This document shows, in pieces, positions 58,254 to 64,000 of a stretch of DNA of 64,000 nt; position 1 is the first letter of the stretch, and every line of letters starts with the position of its first letter. A program made the translations under genes and the position numbers. The stretch covers positions 1,394 through 65,393 of the forward strand of contig JAPKYE010000072.1 of NCBI GenBank assembly GCA_026394495.1. The letters are read 5' to 3'. The DNA comes from Methanobacteriota archaeon (GTDB lineage Archaea; Thermoplasmatota; E2; DHVEG-1). The notes under the pieces are model-generated. The model was not told the DNA's origin. It was given only the letters and a program-made list of their open reading frames with translations, and did not search any database.

Positions 58254-58795
58254 ATAGTGCATCTCCAACTGGAAAAAGAATTATTTTTTCTTTTTCGCAG
58301 GGGAAGATGCCATTTTTTTGCTACTATAAGATTGGGTTAATTGGAGCTGAGTAGTTTTGTTACGCGTTGGTACAGCTTTATAACGATCATGGCAAACAAC
58401 CCTGCCGCAAAGCCAATTAAAATCATGGCTATGGCAGGCATAGTATTATTGGCCCCCCACCAGCGTTGGAAAAAAAACGGTTTGGTTTGGTCGGTGTGTT
58501 GTCATATGGTTCACTTCTAATCTGATACAATATTGATATATTATATCATGATATATTCTATCATAACTTGTTTATATACTTTTCTTAAAAAACAGTCAAA
58601 ATGACAAAATGTCCCAATGCCCCACTAACGAAAACAATATAATACACATCAACATATTGCCAATGGGTGATGGCTGATGCAGAAAACTCTAGGTGATTTT
58701 TTCGAACTAGAATTCGAAAACGAGAAACCAAAACACTGAACCATATAAAAAAACATAGACATTCAGTGTCCTTTTCATTTTTTTAGAAATTAATG

Positions 58796-59608
58796 TTAAA
58801 GTTTTTGCAGTCTATTTTCAGAAAAACGCCATAACGACACGCAAAGAACGACAGTAAAAACAATAAAACACGCAAGAGCAATATACAATAATAATGGATC
58901 CTGGTTTATCGCATTGAGAACTCCCGAAGTTTGATCAACAACTAACCGAGAGTTTGGAGGAAGAGATGAACCAGTAGCCCATGATACAGCGTCAGATTCT
59001 GTTTGAATCGCTAAGAGATTTCCATTCAATGGGATCGACCCCGAGGGAGCTGATACCGAGTTTCCTTTAAGAAAATTAAGAATAACATTTGCATCAGAAG
59101 GAAGCGCACTAACATTTTGTCCATTGTAACTATATAACTGATGAGAAGAAGCGTTATAACCATCCTGTAAAAGTTGAGGAGAATTTAAAAATTCAGTACT
59201 ACCTGGATTGGTCATTACAACATCTTCACCAACAGTGAAAAGTTTATACCCGATGTTTGTCGCGGTCCCTTTCACATACCAAATCAACTGAAGGATACCA
59301 ACCCACAACGCGATAAATGTTGTCGTAAATAACACGACAATCCGCGTATTCTCCGGGTGCAATAGGCTCTCGCCTTTCCACGTCAATTGATAGTACACCC
59401 ATTTATGACCCTCCCGCTCATGTTTTTTCACAAGCCCTGCTTCGTTGAGTTTTGTCATATGTTCATGAAGCGTCGCCTTGTTCAGATTTGTTGCTTGGAT
59501 GATATCGTTTAAATTCATTTTTTTACCATCAAGCGACTTCAAAATATTAAGCCTCGTATCTGAAGCAAGTGCTTTGAAGGTTTCCCGATCAAGAGTAATT
59601 TTTGTCAT
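58796..59608 (-). CDS. Membrane-anchored ArsR-type HTH regulator
   Basis: FKALASDTR..IL, H...L..AGLV, KWVYY.LT.KG plus two TM segments. Confidence 0.85.
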   Translation of the reverse strand: MTKITLDRETFKALASDTRLNILKSLDGKKMNLNDIIQATNLNKATLHEHMTKLNEAGLVKKHEREGHKWVYYQLTWKGESLLHPENTRIVVLFTTTFIALWVGILQLIWYVKGTATNIGYKLFTVGEDVVMTNPGSTEFLNSPQLLQDGYNASSHQLYSYNGQNVSALPSDANVILNFLKGNSVSAPSGSIPLNGNLLAIQTESDAVSWATGSSLPPNSRLVVDQTSGVLNAINQDPLLLYIALACFIVFTVVLCVSLWRFSENRLQKL

Positions 59609-59655
59609 ATCACTATGGATTACTATATCTTTCAGTATTTAAATAATATTTCATT

Positions 59656-59677
59656 TTGTTCGGAAAGTTCCGAACAA
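59656..59677. promoter_or_regulatory. Palindromic operator-like site
   Basis: ttgttcggaa-ag-ttccgaacaa, a perfect 10-bp inverted repeat just upstream of the ArsR-gene TATA. Confidence 0.6.
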
Positions 59678-59714
59678 CCATATTTATAAAAAGATTTGGA
59701 GATGAATTCTGAAT

Positions 59715-60620
59715 TTATTTTCTATCAAAAATGAATCGTTTCCCGGTAATCTTCTCATATGCTTCCTGATATTTCTTCTGCGTCTCCAAAATTACATGTT
59801 CAGGTAACTGAGGTGGATCAGAGTTTTTATCCCATCCTGTGCTCTCCAGGTAATCTCGTACAAATTGTTTATCAAAACTTGGTTGAGATTTCCCGGGCAT
59901 GTATGTTTTCGCAGGCCAAAACCGAGAAGAATCCGGAGTCAATGCCTCATCAATGAAGATAATTTCGTTTTTTATCATTCCAAATTCAAATTTTGTATCT
60001 GCAATAATGATTTCTTTCTTACGTGCATAGGCTACCGCTTTTTTGTAAATATCCAATGAAATCTCCTGTAACTGTGTTGCAATCTTATCACCAACAAGCT
60101 CCTTCATCTTTTCAAAAGAAATATTGATATCATGACCGCTATCGGCTTTTGTGGAAGGAGTAAACAACGGTTCATCAAATTGATCTGATTCCTGCAACCC
60201 TGAACGCATCTTCACCCCGCAGACTGTGCCATCATTTTTATAGGATTTCCACGCAGAACCTGAGATATACCCACGGACGATACATTCAATGGGGATAACC
60301 TTTGTTTTTTTTACAAGCATACTGCGATATTGTACTTCGTCCTTGTAAGTATGTAGTGCTTTTGGGAAATCAGTAAGCTCTGTAGAAACAACATGATTTT
60401 GTATAATATCTTTTGTGTAATCAAACCAAAATTTTGAGAGTTGTGTTAGACAAATCCCTTTTGTTGGTATCGGATTAGGTAATACAACATCAAATGCTGA
60501 AATCCGATCGGTGGTCACAATTAAAAGTTGATTCTCATCGACTTCGTAGATATCGCGAACCTTGCCTTTATTCAGATGTTTCAATGGTAAATTTGTTGTC
60601 GTCACAATATTAGCATACAT
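59715..60620 (-). CDS. purC: SAICAR synthetase
   Basis: GKVRDIY, TDRISAFD, ADTKFEFG, TPDSSRFW, DKQ. Confidence 0.97.
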   Translation of the reverse strand: MYANIVTTTNLPLKHLNKGKVRDIYEVDENQLLIVTTDRISAFDVVLPNPIPTKGICLTQLSKFWFDYTKDIIQNHVVSTELTDFPKALHTYKDEVQYRSMLVKKTKVIPIECIVRGYISGSAWKSYKNDGTVCGVKMRSGLQESDQFDEPLFTPSTKADSGHDINISFEKMKELVGDKIATQLQEISLDIYKKAVAYARKKEIIIADTKFEFGMIKNEIIFIDEALTPDSSRFWPAKTYMPGKSQPSFDKQFVRDYLESTGWDKNSDPPQLPEHVILETQKKYQEAYEKITGKRFIFDRK

Positions 60621-60640
60621 ACTAGTTCTTCTCCTTTATT

Positions 60641-62794
60641 TTATAGAATTTTAGCCCCAGGTTTCACCGGTTTATCTGTAACAACCGTATTTTGTTTTGT
60701 TTTAAGTGGTTTTCCATTATATACTGCTTCAGATTTTTCATTTACGGTCATTATAATCTGTTTAAATTCACCAAATTCAACTAATGGAGCTGGTTCACGA
60801 GCTATTCCTTCTACAAAAATCTCTGTTCCGGGAGAAGCATCCTTTGGATACAATAATGAAACAACACCTTGAGTATCCTCAGCAGCTAGAATCATTCCTT
60901 TGGATTCAACTCCTCGAAGTAATGCTGGTTTCAGATTCGCAACAAGCACTATGGTTTTTCCTGTAATCTGCTCCTTTGTATAGAATGGTTTCATTCCCGC
61001 TACAACCACACGTTTACCAAGTGGACCTAGATCAACATTCAGGATGTAGAGTTTATCAGCCTGTGGATGATCTTTTACTTCAAGGATTTTTGCTACGCGT
61101 AAATCAAGTTTAGAAAACGGATCAGCCTCAGTGATAACGTCGTTGAGTAGTAGTTTCTTAAACAATGGTGATGGGTTCTGAAGCAATGTTTCTTCTTGAA
61201 GATCTAACAATGCATCGTCCCAATTTACTTTAGCTATAGAATCAGAATGGCCAAGGAGTTTCCAAAGCATATTTGAAGAAAACGGTAAATACGGTGCCAT
61301 ACAAACAGCTAACGCCTGTGAAATTTGAAGACACACATACAGTACTGTTCCACATCGTTTCTTATCTGTTTTTATTAGGCTCCATGGCGATTCATGATCA
61401 AAATACACATTACCATACTGCGCAAGATTCATCACTGCACGAAGTCCTTTTTTAAACTCACATTTTTCCAATGATTCTGCGATAACCTTATGCACTTTCT
61501 CAATTTCTTTTAGTGCTTCTTTATCTTCTGTTGTCAGTGTCCCTTTTTTCGGGATATGACCATAGTTTTTATAGGTAAAACTCAACACCCGATGAATGAA
61601 ATTACCGTACGTGCCAACGAGTTCATCATTGTTTTTCGCGATAAAATCAGCCCAATTCCAGTTTGCATCCTTATTCTCAGGCATATTAATCGAAAGATAA
61701 TAACGAATGGCATCAGCATCAAATTTTTTCAAGATATCGGGAACCCATATACCAACCCCACGGCTTTTTGAAAACTGTTCCCCTTGAAGGCACAGATATT
61801 CATTCGCTGGGATATCATACGGAAGATTCAATGATTCATCATAACCCATAAGGATCGACGGCCAAATCAGTGAATGAAACGGGATATTGTCTTTTGCCAA
61901 AAAATAATAATGTTTTGCTTTTGGGTCTTTCCACCAATGCTCCCATTTCTTTGGGTCACCATGGTTTTGTGCCCATTCTTTACTTGCTGAGAGATACCCT
62001 ATGACTGCGTCAAACCATACATATAATCGTTTTTCTTCAAATCCTTTCAACGGAACTGCGATACCCCAGTTGATATCACGGGTAATAGCACGATCATTCA
62101 ACCCATTGAGAAGCCAGTTTCTCGTGAATTTCAACACATTTGATTTCCAATATGTTTTATCTTTTATCCAGTCAAGAAGACGTGGTTCAAATTTACTTAA
62201 TGAAAAGAACAGATGTTCACTTTTTTTGATTAGAGGTGTACCGCCGCAGAGCTTGCATTTCACGTTTTGTATTTCTTGTGGTTCAAGGAGTTTTCCGCAG
62301 TTGTCACATTGATCCCCTCGTGCATGTTCATTGCCGCATCCTGGGCAGGTTCCTTCAACATATCGATCTGGTAAAAATCTGTTGCATTGTTCACAGAAAA
62401 AGGCATCCACATTTTTCGCATAAATATATCCTTTTTTATGGAGTGTGAGGAATATCTTTTGGACGACATTAGCATGATTTTGTGTGGTTGTTCTAGTAAA
62501 CAGATCAAACGATATCCCAAACTGTTTCATGTTTTCTGCATGTTCGCGATGGTATCTATCTACAACTCCTTGTGGTGTAATGTTCTCTTTTTCAGCAGTA
62601 ATCGTAATCGGGGTTCCATGTTCATCGCTTCCTGAGACCATGAGGACATTATCCCCTTTCATTTTATGATATCGTGCAAAAATATCGGCAGGAAGGTAAC
62701 ATCCAGCAATATGACCAAGATGCAATGAACCATTGGCATAGGGCCAGGCGACACCGATAAAAATTTTCTCTTTTGTGGGTTTCGTAGGAGACAT
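60641..62794 (-). CDS. metG: Methionine--tRNA ligase
   Basis: PYANG.LHLGH, GSDEHG, YVWFDA, FSKS, C-terminal tRNA-binding OB domain. Confidence 0.97.
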   Translation of the reverse strand: MSPTKPTKEKIFIGVAWPYANGSLHLGHIAGCYLPADIFARYHKMKGDNVLMVSGSDEHGTPITITAEKENITPQGVVDRYHREHAENMKQFGISFDLFTRTTTQNHANVVQKIFLTLHKKGYIYAKNVDAFFCEQCNRFLPDRYVEGTCPGCGNEHARGDQCDNCGKLLEPQEIQNVKCKLCGGTPLIKKSEHLFFSLSKFEPRLLDWIKDKTYWKSNVLKFTRNWLLNGLNDRAITRDINWGIAVPLKGFEEKRLYVWFDAVIGYLSASKEWAQNHGDPKKWEHWWKDPKAKHYYFLAKDNIPFHSLIWPSILMGYDESLNLPYDIPANEYLCLQGEQFSKSRGVGIWVPDILKKFDADAIRYYLSINMPENKDANWNWADFIAKNNDELVGTYGNFIHRVLSFTYKNYGHIPKKGTLTTEDKEALKEIEKVHKVIAESLEKCEFKKGLRAVMNLAQYGNVYFDHESPWSLIKTDKKRCGTVLYVCLQISQALAVCMAPYLPFSSNMLWKLLGHSDSIAKVNWDDALLDLQEETLLQNPSPLFKKLLLNDVITEADPFSKLDLRVAKILEVKDHPQADKLYILNVDLGPLGKRVVVAGMKPFYTKEQITGKTIVLVANLKPALLRGVESKGMILAAEDTQGVVSLLYPKDASPGTEIFVEGIAREPAPLVEFGEFKQIIMTVNEKSEAVYNGKPLKTKQNTVVTDKPVKPGAKIL

Positions 62795-63016
62795 AAGAGG
62801 ATATAATGAAACACAAGATTTAAATATGACGCAAACCTACTATACTTTTGTATAAAAAATAGCACTGATACTTAAAACGGTGCTCGTTCAGTTGAGATTT
62901 ACTCCATTCATCTATTGAAATGGTTCAAACCTGACACAACAGGACTGCTTTGCACTTGTTGGCAGTAGAAATGTGCTATTTTTTAACAAGAAAAATAACT
63001 TTGAGGTGAATGCAAA

Positions 63017-64000
63017 ATGGTAATTGATCCATCAACAACAAAATACATGATTAAAGCACATATTAAAGCAGACGGAATAATTGAAAAATCAGATGTCGTC
63101 GGTGCAATCTTTGGACAAACCGAAGGATTACTTGGTGACGAACTTGATTTACGAGAATTACAACGAAGCGCACGTGTCGGCAGAATTGAAGTCGAACTTG
63201 AATCAAAAAACGGCAAAAGCGAAGGAACTATTACACTTCCTACATCCCTTGATAAAGTTGAAACCGTAATCATGGCTGCGGCGTTTGAAAGTATTGATCG
63301 TGTCGGACCATGTAAAGCAACAATTAATGTTCAAGAAGTCGAAGATGTGCGTGTCTCCCGAAGAAAACAAGTGATCGATCGGGCAAAAACACTGCTTAGC
63401 GACATTATGGAAAAAAGTAAGATCGATGGAGAGAGCATCGCGGATAACGTTCGTCAATCAATACAAGTGGAAGAAATCACTTCGTTTGGTCAGGATCGCT
63501 GCCCAGCAGGACCAAATATTATGCAGAGTGATGCAATCATTATCGTTGAGGGAAGACGAGATGTTTTGAATCTTTTAAAATATGGGATTAAAAATGTGAT
63601 TGCGGTTGGTGGAACCAATGTTCCTAGGACTGTTGTTGATTTAACGAGAGAAAAGGTCACAACCGTGTTTGTTGATGGTGATCGCGGTGGAGAACTCATC
63701 CTGCGAGAGCTTTTGCAGGTTGCTGATATCGATTTCGTTGCACGAGCGCCACAAACTAGAGAAGTTGAAGAAATCCCGCAGAAACTCATCGTGAAAGCGT
63801 TGAAAAATAAGATCCCGCGGGAACAATATATGGACATGTATAACATAAAAGTGCCTGAGAAAGATAAGGACGGCGGGGAGAAAAGAAAAGACGAGGATCG
63901 AAACGATCAGAGGTCAAGGAAAGAGCCACAAGAAAAGAAACAACAACCAAGAGAGGACAAAGAAGAAGAAAAGGAAGAGGAACAAACTCCTTCTGCTCCT
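63017..64000 (+). CDS. dnaG: Archaeal DnaG (partial, runs off the window)
   Basis: Manual translation MVIDPSTTKY...EKSDVVGAIFGQTEGLLG; TOPRIM VEGR.DV and DGDRGG. Confidence 0.95.
   Translation, partial: MVIDPSTTKYMIKAHIKADGIIEKSDVVGAIFGQTEGLLGDELDLRELQRSARVGRIEVELESKNGKSEGTITLPTSLDKVETVIMAAAFESIDRVGPCKATINVQEVEDVRVSRRKQVIDRAKTLLSDIMEKSKIDGESIADNVRQSIQVEEITSFGQDRCPAGPNIMQSDAIIIVEGRRDVLNLLKYGIKNVIAVGGTNVPRTVVDLTREKVTTVFVDGDRGGELILRELLQVADIDFVARAPQTREVEEIPQKLIVKALKNKIPREQYMDMYNIKVPEKDKDGGEKRKDEDRNDQRSRKEPQEKKQQPREDKEEEKEEEQTPSAP

Noticed and set aside
58665-58770. Possible C/D-box sRNA (gtgatgg…ctga, acactgaa/ttcagtgt)
   Set aside because: Boxes are degenerate and wrongly spaced; the hairpin may be a terminator

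Overview
Archaeal chromosomal window, most consistent with a Thermoplasmatota (MBG-D/Thermoprofundales-like) genome. This is inferred from archaeal marker genes (rpl18e-rpl13-rps9-rpoN, aIF-1A-Rio1-Dim2, TFS, archaeal DnaG, a PolB2 cassette) plus a gingipain-like C25 protease. Three accessory regions interrupt the housekeeping genes. (1) A 4.5-kb element integrated in tRNA-Glu(TTC), bounded by a 17-bp repeat (6358/10845), encoding an HUH rolling-circle Rep, an unknown protein and a tyrosine integrase whose ORF runs through the att site. (2) A 13.8-kb integrase-bearing element bounded by a 19-bp repeat (18605/32383), with a histone-fold protein, two cold-shock proteins, RHH and Zn-finger proteins, nucleases and iteron-like repeats, but no recognisable capsid or replicase. 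(3) The most notable feature: a tandem array of two integrase-less gene cassettes at the 3' end of tRNA-Asn(GTT) (37079-41308). Each cassette is bounded by a 12-bp tRNA core and conserved 52-bp and 81-bp arms, and these arms resemble the ends of the autonomous tRNA-Glu element. Several candidate structured small RNAs are also present, two of them behind identically spaced promoter motifs. All product calls come from motif recognition only; no searches were run.
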